From the NCBI GenBank assembly GCA_963762745.1, contig CAVXMB010000001.1, positions 35,301 to 99,300 on the forward strand: a stretch of DNA of 64,000 bases, written 5' to 3'. A model generated the notes under the pieces. That model worked only from the letters and a program-made list of their open reading frames with translations, searched no databases and was not told the origin of the DNA. How positions within the stretch are numbered: position 1 is the first letter of the stretch; every line of letters begins with the position of its first letter. The DNA is from an uncultured Actinomycetota bacterium. Lineage in GTDB: Bacteria > Actinomycetota > UBA4738 > HRBIN12. Position numbers and translations under genes: made by a program. Positions 18,804 to 29,867 of the stretch are shown here, one piece after another.

Positions 18804-21407
18804 TCAGCGCTTCTTCCTCACCTTGTCGAAGGCCGGCGGCTCGAGCAGGCACTCGTCCGGCGTCTTGTCGGGGCGAAGGCCGCGGAACGACGGGGCGCGC
18901 ATCTTCCCCGTCGACTTCGTGTATTCGAGGTACTCGACCTCGCACACGAGCTCGGGCTCGACGAACGTCGCGCCCTTCAGCTTCCGGAGCCCGGGGTCGT
19001 CGATCGGCGGATCGTCGCGCACGAGCGGCGCGAGCTGCTCCATCAGCTCCTCCAGCATCTTCTGCGTGAAGCCAGTCCCGACCTGACCGACCCATCGCAG
19101 CGTGCCACCGTCGATCGCACCGACCAGGAGCGCACCGAAGCTTCCGGCGCGACCGCCCTGCCCCGGCGTCCATCCGAGGATCACGCAATCTTGGGTCGAG
19201 ATCAGCTTGATCTTGCGCCAGTCGGGTGAGCGTCTCCCGGAGACGTACTTCGAGCCCTTCTTCTTGGCCACCACGCCCTCGAGCCCGAGGGAGCGCGCCC
19301 CCTCCACGAACGCCTTCCCGTTCCCTTCCTCGTAGCTCATCAGCTGGAGGCGATGGTCCTCCTCGACGATGAGCCGGAGGAGCTCCCGGCGTTCCTCGAG
19401 GGACAGACCGGTCGTCTCACGGCCGTCCAGCCAGAGGAGGTCGAAGACGACGAACGAGACCGGGATCTGTTTCGCGACCCGCTTGATCTCCCGCTCGTTC
19501 TGCAGGTTCATCCGCTGTTGGAGGGTCTCGAACGAGGTCTTGCCGCCGGCGTCGACCGCCACGATCTCGCCGTCCAGCACCGCGTTCACCTGATCGACGA
19601 GCTCGTGGACCATGTGGATGTCCGGGTACTGGAACGTGACGTCTCGTCCGCGGCGGGTCCGGAAGACGGTCCCGCCCGTCTCCATCTCGGCGAGCGCGCG
19701 GATCCCGTCCAGCTTGGGCTCGAACCACCACGAGGGATCGTCGAACGGCTCGCCGCCTCCTTCCGCGAGCATCGGCTGGAAGCGGGCCGGAGCACCGGGG
19801 AGGGGAGCGTCCTGTGCCGAGGCGAGGAACGCGAGCCAGTCCGTCCTCGTCTTCACGAAGTGGAACTCGTTGCCGGGATAGCGGCGGCCGTGGAGCTTGA
19901 AGCTCACCTTCGTGTCCGTCCACTCGATCGGCTCGTACCACCCGTCGTCGAAGATGCGAACCTCGCCGGCGCCGTAGTGGCCTTCGGGGATCGTCCCCTC
20001 GAAGGAGCCGTACTCGAGCGGATGCACCTCGGTCTGCACCGCGAGGCGCTTGTCCCCTTTCTGGATCGGGAGTCCTCGGGGGACCGCCCACGACCAGAGA
20101 CCCCCCTCGTGTTCCAAGCGAACGTCGTAGTGGAGACGGGTCGCCCGGTGCTTGTGGATGACGAAGGAGTTGCCCGTCCCCGGCGCGCCGCCGGGAGCGG
20201 GTTCGGTCGTTCCCTCCTGACCGAACTCGCGCTTGCGGACGTACTCGTAGAGTGCCGGGTCTTTCGACGCCGCCACGATCTCGTCCTGGCTCTTCTCGGT
20301 GACGCTCTTCGCCGCCGTTCGAGGCAGCCGCGCGTTCGGGCGCGGCTCGTCGTCCTCGTCCTTCACGCCGAGCGCTTCGAAGGCGTTCGTCAGGTCCATG
20401 GCTTCCGTGCGAACGCCGGCGAACAGGTCCCCCACGTCCGCGAAGCGGTCCCACACGTTGTCGACCCGGAAGTCCGGCGGCTCGAAGCCACCCTCGAACA
20501 CCTCGTCCCATGTGAGCGGGGTCGAGACGGGCGCGCGCGGCTCCGGTCGGACGGAGTACGCGGCGGCGATGTTGGCACCCTGCCGGTTCATGTTGTGGTC
20601 GATGAAGACCTTGCCGGTCCGATCCGCGATCTTCCACGCCATCGTGACGCGTTCGGGATCGGCCTTCGTGATCATCCGTCCACAGGCACCCACGAACGCA
20701 CGCACCTGCCCGTACGTGTACGCGCCTCGCGTCACCGGCACGTAGATCTGCAGACCGGTGGCTCCCGACGTCTTCGGATACGCCGACAGGCCCAGTTGAT
20801 CGAGCAGGACCTTGATGTGCCGCGCCACCGTGAGGACGTCTTCGTATGTATAGGGCTCGAACGGATCGAGGTCGAAGAAGAGATAGTCGGGGTGCTCGAC
20901 GTCTTCGCAGCGCGAATGCAGCGGGTGCATCTCGATGCAGCCCAGGTTGGCGACGTAGAGCAACGTCGACGTGTCGTCGACCATCAGGTAGTCGATCTCG
21001 CCCCGTTTCGAATCGTCCGAACGCACCCGGCAGCGATGGACCCACTCGGGGGTGTGCGAGGGCGCGGTCTTCTCGTAGAAGTGCGGCCCCTCCGCGCCGT
21101 CGGGCATGCGCTTCATCGTCAGGGGGCGTCCGTGCAGGTGGGGGCCGATCAGGTCCGCGACGTTCCAGTAATAGGCGAGGAGATCTCCCTTCGTGTACCC
21201 CTCCGCGGACCAGAAGACCTTGTTGAGGTTGGAGAGCCGGAGCTCGCGCCCGTCCACCTCGACCCACCACGCGTCGCCGTCCTTGCGCGCTTCGAGCGCT
21301 TTCGGGAGCTCGAGCGTGAAGGCGGGACCGGATGACGTAGTCCGTCGTCGTGGCGGCATCGCCCTCGATGCTACGCCCGAGGGCTCCATCCCCTGTTCGG
21401 GCGTCAA
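18804..21407 (-). CDS. ligD: multidomain ATP-dependent DNA ligase LigD (Pol - phosphoesterase - ligase order)
   Basis: 867 aa. The primase/polymerase part has 'FFDLDPFEP', the 3'-phosphoesterase part has 'VIHKHRATRLHYDVRLE', and the ligase part has adenylation motif 'EPKLDGIRA'. Start is uncertain (TTG 21407, ATG 21389 or ATG 21359). Confidence 0.9.
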   Translation of the reverse strand: MTPEQGMEPSGVASRAMPPRRRTTSSGPAFTLELPKALEARKDGDAWWVEVDGRELRLSNLNKVFWSAEGYTKGDLLAYYWNVADLIGPHLHGRPLTMKRMPDGAEGPHFYEKTAPSHTPEWVHRCRVRSDDSKRGEIDYLMVDDTSTLLYVANLGCIEMHPLHSRCEDVEHPDYLFFDLDPFEPYTYEDVLTVARHIKVLLDQLGLSAYPKTSGATGLQIYVPVTRGAYTYGQVRAFVGACGRMITKADPERVTMAWKIADRTGKVFIDHNMNRQGANIAAAYSVRPEPRAPVSTPLTWDEVFEGGFEPPDFRVDNVWDRFADVGDLFAGVRTEAMDLTNAFEALGVKDEDDEPRPNARLPRTAAKSVTEKSQDEIVAASKDPALYEYVRKREFGQEGTTEPAPGGAPGTGNSFVIHKHRATRLHYDVRLEHEGGLWSWAVPRGLPIQKGDKRLAVQTEVHPLEYGSFEGTIPEGHYGAGEVRIFDDGWYEPIEWTDTKVSFKLHGRRYPGNEFHFVKTRTDWLAFLASAQDAPLPGAPARFQPMLAEGGGEPFDDPSWWFEPKLDGIRALAEMETGGTVFRTRRGRDVTFQYPDIHMVHELVDQVNAVLDGEIVAVDAGGKTSFETLQQRMNLQNEREIKRVAKQIPVSFVVFDLLWLDGRETTGLSLEERRELLRLIVEEDHRLQLMSYEEGNGKAFVEGARSLGLEGVVAKKKGSKYVSGRRSPDWRKIKLISTQDCVILGWTPGQGGRAGSFGALLVGAIDGGTLRWVGQVGTGFTQKMLEELMEQLAPLVRDDPPIDDPGLRKLKGATFVEPELVCEVEYLEYTKSTGKMRAPSFRGLRPDKTPDECLLEPPAFDKVRKKR

Positions 21408-21431
21408 CCGGGTGGGGTCGTCGACCGATAC

Positions 21432-21448
21432 CTCCTTCCTCGAAGGAG
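21432..21448 (+). promoter_or_regulatory. small hairpin pairing the HD-GYP gene RBS with an upstream anti-SD
   Basis: CTCCTTC (21432-38), 3-nt loop, GAAGGAG (21442-48). GAAGGAG sits 9 nt before ATG 21458. Confidence 0.25.
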
Positions 21449-21457
21449 AACGTGCCC

Positions 21458-23098
21458 ATGGGTGGATCGGATCGAACGGACGACGAGCAGCGCTGGCGGC
21501 CCCGGCCGCTCCTCAGCTTCGCGCTCCGGCTCGTCTCGGTGCTCGTCCCGGCGGCGGCCGGGGCCGCCAGCGCGTACGGCTACGTCGTCGCGCTCCCCGC
21601 GCCGGGTGGCCTCGCCACCATCCCCTGGGCGGTCGGTCTCGTCGTCAGCTCGACGATCACGACCGCGATCGCTGAGCGGCTCGGGAAGCGATTCCTTCCC
21701 CTCGCGGTGCTGCTTCGTCTTTCCCTCGTGTTCCCGGACCGGGCGCCATCGCGCTTCGCGATGGCGCGCGGGGCGGGGAACGTGCGGGTCCTGGAACGAC
21801 GCATCCGCGACGCCCGTGAGCAAGGCGTCGACGGATCGCCCGTCCGGGCAGCGGCCCAGATCCTCTCGCTCGTTGCCGCGTTGTCCGCGCACGACCGGAA
21901 GACCCGCGGACACAGCGAGCGGGTGCGTGCCTTCACCGACCTCGTCGCGGGACAGCTCCGGTTGTCGGAAGCCGACCGGGATCGCCTCCGGTGGGCGGCG
22001 CTCCTCCACGATATCGGGAAGCTCCACGTGCCGGCCAAGATCCTGAACAAGCCCGGGCGACCCGCGCCCCACGAGTGGGAGACGCTGCAGGGACACCCGG
22101 CGGCCGGGGCCCGCATCGCAGCCCCGCTGATGGCGTGGCTGGGTCCGTGGGGTGACGCGATCGAGCAGCATCACGAGCGCTTCGGCGGGGGCGGGTACCC
22201 GCGTTCGCTGGCCGGCGAGGAGATCTCGCTCGGCGCCAGGATCGTGAGCGTCGCAGATTCGTTCGAGGTGATGACCGCGGCACGGTCCTACAAGAAGCCG
22301 ATGAGCGTGCCGGCGGCGCGCCGCGAGCTCGCGGCGTGCGCCGGCGAGCAGTTCGACCCGGCGATCGTCCGCCTGTTCTTGAACGTGTCGCTCGGGAGAC
22401 TGTGGTGGACGGTGGGGCCGATGTCGTGGACCGGCTTGATCCCGGTGCTCGGTCCGCTGCAACGAGCGGGCGGTCAGATCGCCGCGGCCGCGAAGGGCGC
22501 GACCGCGGCGGTCGTCGTCGGCGCGGCCGGGGTCCTGCCGATGGTCAACGGCACCGCCGCGGCCTCGCCCCCGCAGACGAGGGCGAGCGCACCGGATGCG
22601 TCGTTCGTACCGAGCGCGAGCCCCTCGGGCGACGACGACGTCAGGAGCGGCGGGGCGCACCCGACCGACGGCGCGGGCGATCATCTCGACGTCCCGAAGG
22701 GGACCGGCGGGGGCTCTGGCGAGGACTCGTCCGGAGGGAACGGAGGTGGAGGGTCCGACGCCGGTGGTGGGGCTTCCGGCGGCGGAACCGTCGTCGACGA
22801 CCCGGCCGGCACGGTGCACGACGCCGTGAACGGCGTGACCGACACGGTCGACACCGTCGTGGACGGCGTGACCGACACGGTGGACGGGGTGGTCGACGGC
22901 GTCACCGACACGGTGGACGGGGTCGTCGACGGGGCGACCGACGTAGTGGACGGGCTCCTGGGGACCGACGTGTCGGGTGTCCTGGACGACCCCGTGGGAG
23001 ACGTCACCGACATCGTGGGTGGGCTCCTCGGGTCGGTGATCGACGGACCCGATCGGGTCCGAGCCCTGCCCACCTGGCGTGTCCTCGGGTCGGACTAG
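21458..23098 (+). CDS. membrane-bound HD-GYP domain phosphodiesterase with C-terminal repeat region
   Basis: Start at MGGSDRTDDE (RBS GAAGGAG) inside track ORF 21350..23098. N-terminal TM helices. HD-GYP signatures 'HSERV', 'LLHDIGK' and 'HHERFGGGGYP'. Two further TM helices, a G/S/D-rich linker, then V/T/D/G repeats. Confidence 0.85.
   Translation: MGGSDRTDDEQRWRPRPLLSFALRLVSVLVPAAAGAASAYGYVVALPAPGGLATIPWAVGLVVSSTITTAIAERLGKRFLPLAVLLRLSLVFPDRAPSRFAMARGAGNVRVLERRIRDAREQGVDGSPVRAAAQILSLVAALSAHDRKTRGHSERVRAFTDLVAGQLRLSEADRDRLRWAALLHDIGKLHVPAKILNKPGRPAPHEWETLQGHPAAGARIAAPLMAWLGPWGDAIEQHHERFGGGGYPRSLAGEEISLGARIVSVADSFEVMTAARSYKKPMSVPAARRELAACAGEQFDPAIVRLFLNVSLGRLWWTVGPMSWTGLIPVLGPLQRAGGQIAAAAKGATAAVVVGAAGVLPMVNGTAAASPPQTRASAPDASFVPSASPSGDDDVRSGGAHPTDGAGDHLDVPKGTGGGSGEDSSGGNGGGGSDAGGGASGGGTVVDDPAGTVHDAVNGVTDTVDTVVDGVTDTVDGVVDGVTDTVDGVVDGATDVVDGLLGTDVSGVLDDPVGDVTDIVGGLLGSVIDGPDRVRALPTWRVLGSD
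22832..22963 (+). repeat. in-frame 33-bp tandem repeat (4 clear units, degenerate copies to about 23040)
   Basis: Unit 1: GGCGTGACCGACACGGTCGACACCGTCGTGGAC. Unit 2: GGCGTGACCGACACGGTGGACGGGGTGGTCGAC. Unit 3: GGCGTCACCGACACGGTGGACGGGGTCGTCGAC. Unit 4: GGGGCGACCGACGTAGTGGACGGGCTCCTGGGG. Together they encode (G-V-T-D-T-V-D-G-V-V-D)n. Confidence 0.85.
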
Positions 23099-23148
23099 GA
23101 TAGGACCCCTCTCTGAGCACGAGGGATCCGACGACCCTGGAGGACGAC

Positions 23149-23996
23149 ATGCCCAGAGCCATGTGGAAGGGAGCCATCTCCTTCGGCCTGGTGACGATCC
23201 CCGTGAGCGTCTACCCGGCCACCGAGGAGAAGACGCTTCGCTTCAACCAGCTGCACGACGACGACGGCGGCCGGATCCGGATGAAGCGCACGTGCTCCAT
23301 CGACGGCGAAGAGGTCGGCTACGAGCACATCGTGAAGGGTTACGAGTACGAGAAGGACCGCTACGTGATCCTCACCGACGAGGACTTCGAGGCGATCCCG
23401 GTCGAGTCCTCCCGCGCGATCGACATCCAGCAGTTCGTCCAGCTCGATGAGATCGACCCGATGCAGTACAAGAAGTCCTACTACCTCGTTCCCGAGGAGA
23501 CCGGCGCCAAGGCGTACGCGTTGCTGCGCGAAGCGCTCAACCGATCCGGCAAGGTCGGGATCGCCAAGGTCAGCTTCCGCGACAAGGAGCACCTCGCGGC
23601 GCTCCGCTTCCGAGACGATGCCTTCGTCCTCGAGACGATGTACTGGCCGGACGAGATCAGGGAGGCGGACTTCGGCGGTGTCGACGTGTCGGCCAAGGTC
23701 CGGCCCAACGAGCTGGAGATGGCCCAGACGCTGATCGACAACCTCACGGCCGATTGGGATCCCGCCGAGTTCAAGGACGAATACCGCGAGGCCATGCTGC
23801 GGATCGTCGAAGCGAAGATCAACGGCGAGGAGATCGAGATCGTCGAGCCCGAACCGACCGCGAAGGTCGTCGACCTGATGGAGGCGTTGAAGGCCTCGGT
23901 CGCCGCGGCCAAGAAGGAACCCAAGGCCGCGCCGGCGCCCAAGAAGAAGACCGCGGCCAAGAAGAAGGCAGCGCCCCGGAAGAAGGCCGTCGGGGA

Positions 23997-24000
<4 letters not shown>
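23149..24000 (+). CDS. ku: Ku protein (NHEJ DNA-end binding)
   Basis: 283 aa. 'MPRAMWKGAISFGLVTIPVSVY' is the canonical bacterial Ku N-terminus. Lys/Ala-rich basic C-terminal tail. RBS GGAGGA. Confidence 0.9.
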
Positions 24001-25284
<1,284 letters not shown>

Positions 25285-25291
25285 CGATCCC

Positions 25292-27754
25292 GTGGGCACC
25301 GCGCCCGACCCCGTCGCCACGCTCACGGCCGAGTACGCGGCCCTGGAGCGCGCGTACTCGCCGGGACATCAAGGCGTGTGGGCGGCGCGCCGGCGCGCGG
25401 AGCTCGTGGACGCAGCAGTCGGGGAGCTCTTCGAGCGCGCCGGCGCGCCGCCCGGGATGGCGGTCGCCGCGGTGGGCGGGTACGGGCGGCGGTTGCTGCT
25501 GCCGCGCTCCGACATCGACCTCCTCGTCCTGCACGACGGCTCCGACGAACTCGCGGTGGCGCGACTCGCGGACGGTCTGCTGTATCCGCTCTGGAACGCG
25601 GGATACGAGGTGGGTCATGCCGTACGCACGCCGGAGGAATCCGAAGCGGCATGCGAACGGCTGGACGCGGGGGCGGCGATGCTCGACATCCGCCCTCTCG
25701 CCGGCGCCGAGAGCCTCGTGGCGGACGTGGCGGAGCGGGTCGTAACGTGGGCACGTCGAGACCCGCGAGCGTTCGTGACGGCGATCCGCGAGGACGCCGC
25801 GAGGCGAGCCGAGCGATCCGGTTCCACCGCACACCTGCTGGAGCCCGACCTGAAGGAGGGATCCGGCGGGTGGCGCGACCTCCATTCGATCTGGTTGATC
25901 GAGACCGCCGTCGGCGAACGGTTGGAGGATGCCGGACTCCTCCGCGCCCGCGAGCGCGAGGCGCTCGCGGGCGCGGAGGAGTTCCTCGCCCGCGTGCGCA
26001 GCGCGCTCCATCTCGAGACCGGGAAGCGGGGAGATCGAATGGTCCGGGATCACCAACCCGCCGTCGCGCGGGCGATGGGGTTCGAGGACGAGCCGAAGCT
26101 CATGTCGATCGACGGGCTCATGCGCGCTGTGTTCGAGCACGCGCGACAGGTGGAGTTCATCCTCCGGGCGGTGATCGATCGCTTCCTCGAGGAGGGGGCT
26201 CCGACGACCTCGCCGCCGGCCTCTTCCGTCGAGATGCTCGACGCGCTCGCGGAAGAGGCGGAAGCGGGCCGTGCACCGTCGGCAGCCCTCCTCGACTCGA
26301 TCGAGGACGTCGACATCACCGACGAGGTCGTCTGGGACGAGGGCACCCGCAGGGCATTCGCGCGCCTGGTCCGGGCCGGCGATCGAGGCGCCACGTCGCT
26401 CGAGATCCTCGACCGGCTTGGGCTCCTCGTTCGATTCATCCCGGAGTGGGCCGACGTGCGGTGTCGTCCTCAGCGCGATCCGTACCACCGGTTCACGGTG
26501 GACGCGCATCTGACGAGCTCGCTCCGCGCGATGGCCCGCATCCTCGCGGGCGACGACACCGCCGACGACCCGGTCCAGGCCGAGGCGGTGAAGCAGGTAT
26601 CGGATCCCGATCCGCTCCTCCTGGGTGCGCTTCTGCACGACATCGGGAAGAACGGCGAGGGGGGACACGTCCCCGTCGGCACCCGGATCGTCGAGTCAGT
26701 TCTCGAACGGATGGGCGCCGAGGAACCGGTTCGCGATCTCGTTCGCTTCATGGTTGCGCGGCATCTGCTCCTTCCCGACACCGCGACGCGCAGGGACCTT
26801 TCCGACGAGAACCTCGTGCTCGACGTCGCCGCCGCGATCGGGTCATCCGAGCGGCTGGCGGCGCTGTACTTGCTCGCCAAGGCCGACGCCGAGGCCACCG
26901 GCCCCGCTGCGTGGACGCCCTGGCGGCGCACCCTGATCCGGGAGCTCGTCGTGAAGGTGCAGCACGTCCTCGATCGCGGCGAGATGGGCACGGAGCTCGC
27001 GGGGGAGCTCTCCGACCGGGTCGACCGGGTCCGTGCCCACCTCGAGGACGAGCCCGATCCGGACGTCGACCGGTTCCTCCAGCGGATGCCCCGGTCGTAC
27101 TTCTTGACCGTCGAGCCCGCGCGCGCAGCGCGGCACTTCTCGACGATCACCCCGGCGGTCGGCGCCAAGGAGGTGCGCGCGGTCCATTTCGAGGGCGTCC
27201 GTACCGGCACCTACGAGCTGCTTGTCGTCGCGCAGGACCGATCGGGCCTCCTGTCGTGGATCGCGGGCTCCCTCGCCCTGGCCGGCATGACGATCCTCAC
27301 CGCCCAGGTCTTCACGACGGAGGACGGACTCGCCGCCGACCTGTTCGAGGTGGAAGGGGTCTGGGAGCAGTCGGTGCCCGATCGTCGCTGGCGGGAGTTC
27401 CGGGGGATGCTCCGCCGCGTGGTGGACGGCTCGATCTCCCTCGAGGGCCGGGTCGACGAGAAGCGGCGCTGGTACCCGGCGCCGAGGGTGCCGACCCCCG
27501 TGACGGTCGCCGTCGACAACACGGCGTCGGACTTCGCCACGGTCATCGAGGTCGGCGCGTCCGACCGGCTGGGACTGCTCTACGACATCACGAGGACGTT
27601 CGCCGACCTCGAGCTCGACGTCCATCTCGCGAAGGTCGCGACGTACGAGGGTCGGGTCGTCGACTCCTTCTATGTGCGTGACTCGGTCGGCTGCAAGCTC
27701 ACCGACGACCCCGACGAGATCGATCGCGCCTTGCGAGCTCGTCTGGAGCAGTGA
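25292..27754 (+). CDS. glnD: [protein-PII] uridylyl/adenylyl-transferase GlnD
   Basis: 820 aa. N-terminal nucleotidyltransferase region (GGYGRRLLLPRSDIDLLVL), HD domain (LLHDIGK) and two C-terminal ACT-like regions. GTG start 7 nt after glnB. Confidence 0.9.
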   Translation: MGTAPDPVATLTAEYAALERAYSPGHQGVWAARRRAELVDAAVGELFERAGAPPGMAVAAVGGYGRRLLLPRSDIDLLVLHDGSDELAVARLADGLLYPLWNAGYEVGHAVRTPEESEAACERLDAGAAMLDIRPLAGAESLVADVAERVVTWARRDPRAFVTAIREDAARRAERSGSTAHLLEPDLKEGSGGWRDLHSIWLIETAVGERLEDAGLLRAREREALAGAEEFLARVRSALHLETGKRGDRMVRDHQPAVARAMGFEDEPKLMSIDGLMRAVFEHARQVEFILRAVIDRFLEEGAPTTSPPASSVEMLDALAEEAEAGRAPSAALLDSIEDVDITDEVVWDEGTRRAFARLVRAGDRGATSLEILDRLGLLVRFIPEWADVRCRPQRDPYHRFTVDAHLTSSLRAMARILAGDDTADDPVQAEAVKQVSDPDPLLLGALLHDIGKNGEGGHVPVGTRIVESVLERMGAEEPVRDLVRFMVARHLLLPDTATRRDLSDENLVLDVAAAIGSSERLAALYLLAKADAEATGPAAWTPWRRTLIRELVVKVQHVLDRGEMGTELAGELSDRVDRVRAHLEDEPDPDVDRFLQRMPRSYFLTVEPARAARHFSTITPAVGAKEVRAVHFEGVRTGTYELLVVAQDRSGLLSWIAGSLALAGMTILTAQVFTTEDGLAADLFEVEGVWEQSVPDRRWREFRGMLRRVVDGSISLEGRVDEKRRWYPAPRVPTPVTVAVDNTASDFATVIEVGASDRLGLLYDITRTFADLELDVHLAKVATYEGRVVDSFYVRDSVGCKLTDDPDEIDRALRARLEQ

Positions 27755-27899
27755 GCCGAGGCCGAACGACGGGGGTCCCGAGGCAGACGGAGCGACGCAA
27801 CGCGTCGGCGTACGCGCTCGAGACCTGAGGAACCCCCGTCCTCCCGATTCCGGCGGTTCGGACGTGTCCCTACGCTGGAGGGTGAGGAGGTTCACGATC

Positions 27900-28463
27900 G
27901 TGGGACGTCATGCGCAACGCCGGAGTACCAGCAGATCTCGCCGCTGGCTGGTCGCGCTCGTGGCCGTGTCGATCGGGTCCGCAGCTCTGCCGGCATCGGC
28001 GGCGACGATCGACGATCCTCCGTATGCGCTGGGCCCGTTGGACCTGAAGCGATTGACGGCCACGAAACACGATGCGTCGGCGCCGATCCATCTCACGCTG
28101 CTCACGTACGGAAGATGGGAAGCGGATCTCCTCGACGTCACCGGCCCCAACCGGATCTTCTTCGACTTCAATCCAGATAGGAGTGGCAAGCCCGACTTCA
28201 TCGGCGAGGTCAGGTTCAACGATGGACTCCTGTGGGTGCGCCTCACCAACCGGCGAGGGGACTTCATCCGGCGCGTGCGCGCCTACCACCCGGCGGGTGA
28301 CGTCTTGACGACGACGATCCCCGAAGGGCTTCCCAACCCGGACGGCAACGCGTGGCTCGCGGCGCGAGAGGAATACACGACGGCCACAGGGCCGTGTGCC
28401 CGAGGGTGCGCCGACCGGATCCCCTCGGGCAGTGGCTGGCTCAAGCTGACGCCCGGTCAGTAG
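27900..28463 (+). CDS. secreted hypothetical protein (possible Tat signal)
   Basis: GTG 27900 lies 9 nt after AGGAGG. The signal peptide has 'SRSRRWLVALVAVSIGSAALPASA/A' (twin-Arg motif, AxA site). No family recognised. Confidence 0.55.
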   Translation: MGRHAQRRSTSRSRRWLVALVAVSIGSAALPASAATIDDPPYALGPLDLKRLTATKHDASAPIHLTLLTYGRWEADLLDVTGPNRIFFDFNPDRSGKPDFIGEVRFNDGLLWVRLTNRRGDFIRRVRAYHPAGDVLTTTIPEGLPNPDGNAWLAAREEYTTATGPCARGCADRIPSGSGWLKLTPGQ

Positions 28464-29190
28464 CTCGATCGTCGAGCGTTGCGCGCAAGCGCTTCGCCAT
28501 CTTCGGACCCGCGCCGTCCTCTTCGTGCTTGAAATAGCAGAACACGTCCGCACCCGAGTCGAGAGCGGGACCGATCCGATCAGCCCACTCGCGGAGCTCA
28601 TCGTCGGAGTACTCGGTCTTCCGCAATCGGAGGTAGCCGATGGGCTCCCATGACAGATCGTCGGGGCCGGGGTCCTTCTCGTCGGTCTCCGCGACGCACC
28701 AGGCGACCCCTTGGGACAGCAGGAGGTCCTTCGCCTCGACCCAGGACGGGTGACGGAACTCCATCGCGAATCGGCCACCCGGCGGCAGATACCCAACGAA
28801 CGCCTCGATCAGCCCCCGGTCGTAGTGCAGCGACGGCGGGCACTGGAACAGGACGGAGCCGAGCTTGTCTCCGAGCAGCTTCGCGAGCTCGAGGAACGCG
28901 CGCACGTCCTCGTCGGTGTCGGCGAGTCGCTTGAAGTGGGTGATCCGCTGGTTCGCCTTGAGGGTGAAGGTGAACCCGTCCGCCGCCTGCTCGCGCCATG
29001 CCGTGAGCGACTTCTCCGAAGGGAAGCGGCGGAACGTGTAGTTGATCTCGACCGATGACAGCTGCTGCGAGTAGTACGTCAGCATCTCGCGGTTCTTCAG
29101 CCCTTCGGGATAGAAGACGCCGTGTTTCCAGCCGTCGAAGGAGAAGCCAGAGGTGCCCAGGTGGAGGGTGCCCGCCATCGCGTGCATCAT
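28441..29190 (-). CDS. DUF72 (YecE-like) protein
   Basis: 249 aa. 'LHLGTSGFSFDGWKHGVFYPEGL......YY...L..VEIN.TF' is the typical DUF72 N-terminus. Confidence 0.8.
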   Translation of the reverse strand: MMHAMAGTLHLGTSGFSFDGWKHGVFYPEGLKNREMLTYYSQQLSSVEINYTFRRFPSEKSLTAWREQAADGFTFTLKANQRITHFKRLADTDEDVRAFLELAKLLGDKLGSVLFQCPPSLHYDRGLIEAFVGYLPPGGRFAMEFRHPSWVEAKDLLLSQGVAWCVAETDEKDPGPDDLSWEPIGYLRLRKTEYSDDELREWADRIGPALDSGADVFCYFKHEEDGAGPKMAKRLRATLDDRATDRASA

Positions 29191-29198
29191 GGCATGCG

Positions 29199-29867
29199 AT
29201 GGCCGGACCCGAAGAGGCGCTGCGCATCGACACCGTGAAGGGGCCGGTGTCGGCGAAGTACGCCCGGCCGCGGTCGCCGTTCGCGACCATCGTGGTCGCG
29301 CACGGCGCGGGGGCCGGGATGGATCACCCCTTCATCGCCGGATTCTCGAGAGCCTGCGTCGACGAGGGGCTCGCGGTCTTGCGCTTCAACTTCCCATACA
29401 TCGAGAGCGGGCGTCGCGCACCGGATACCGAGGCCGTGCTGCGCGACACCTGGCGGGCGGTCTCCGAAGTGGCGACGGCTCGACGGAAGAAGGAACCCGT
29501 GTGGGCGAGCGGGAAGTCGCTCGGGGGCAGGATCGCTTCTATGTGCGCGGCCGACGCCGAGATCCACCCCGCAGGGTTGGTCTTCCTCGGCTATCCCTTG
29601 CATCCGCCGGGCAAGCCGGAGCGGATCCGCGACGAGCATCTTTCTCGCATCGAGGTGCCGATGCTGTTCCTGCAAGGGACCTCCGATCCCTTCGCCTCAC
29701 CGGACCTCCTCCGTCGGGTCGTGAAGAAGCTCGGCGGCCGTGCGACGTTGCTCCCCTTCGAGGGGGGCGGGCACTCCTTCGAGGTACGCGGACAGAAGCG
29801 AGACCCGCGGGAGATCGGCGCATCGCTCGCTCCTCACGCGGCCGCGTTCATCAGGGAACACGCCTGA
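29199..29867 (+). CDS. alpha/beta hydrolase (dienelactone-hydrolase-like)
   Basis: Start at MAGPEEALRID inside track ORF 29055..29867. 'VVAHGAGAGMDHPF' and nucleophile elbow 'GKSLGGR'. Confidence 0.7.
   Translation: MAGPEEALRIDTVKGPVSAKYARPRSPFATIVVAHGAGAGMDHPFIAGFSRACVDEGLAVLRFNFPYIESGRRAPDTEAVLRDTWRAVSEVATARRKKEPVWASGKSLGGRIASMCAADAEIHPAGLVFLGYPLHPPGKPERIRDEHLSRIEVPMLFLQGTSDPFASPDLLRRVVKKLGGRATLLPFEGGGHSFEVRGQKRDPREIGASLAPHAAAFIREHA

Noticed and set aside
19353-21459. 660-aa (+) and 680-aa (-) alternative-frame ORFs over ligD
   Set aside because: Only the 18804..21407 frame contains the Pol (DLDP), PE (HKHRATRLHYDVRLE) and ligase (KLDG) motifs. The others are Arg/Gly/Pro-rich shadows.
22681-23073. 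130-aa antisense ORF with TPSTVSV repeats; also considered whether the 33-bp repeats could be a CRISPR array
   Set aside because: The ORF is the reverse-complement image of the in-frame repeat of the HD-GYP gene. The repeats are contiguous (no spacers), in frame and imperfect, so this is not a CRISPR array.
27755-27899. Structured element after glnD (ACGGGGGT ... ACCCCCGT with an inner GACGC-aac-GCGTC stem)
   Set aside because: The outer pairing encloses a loop of about 58 nt and the inner stem is only 5 bp. It is not distinguishable from chance in GC-rich DNA.
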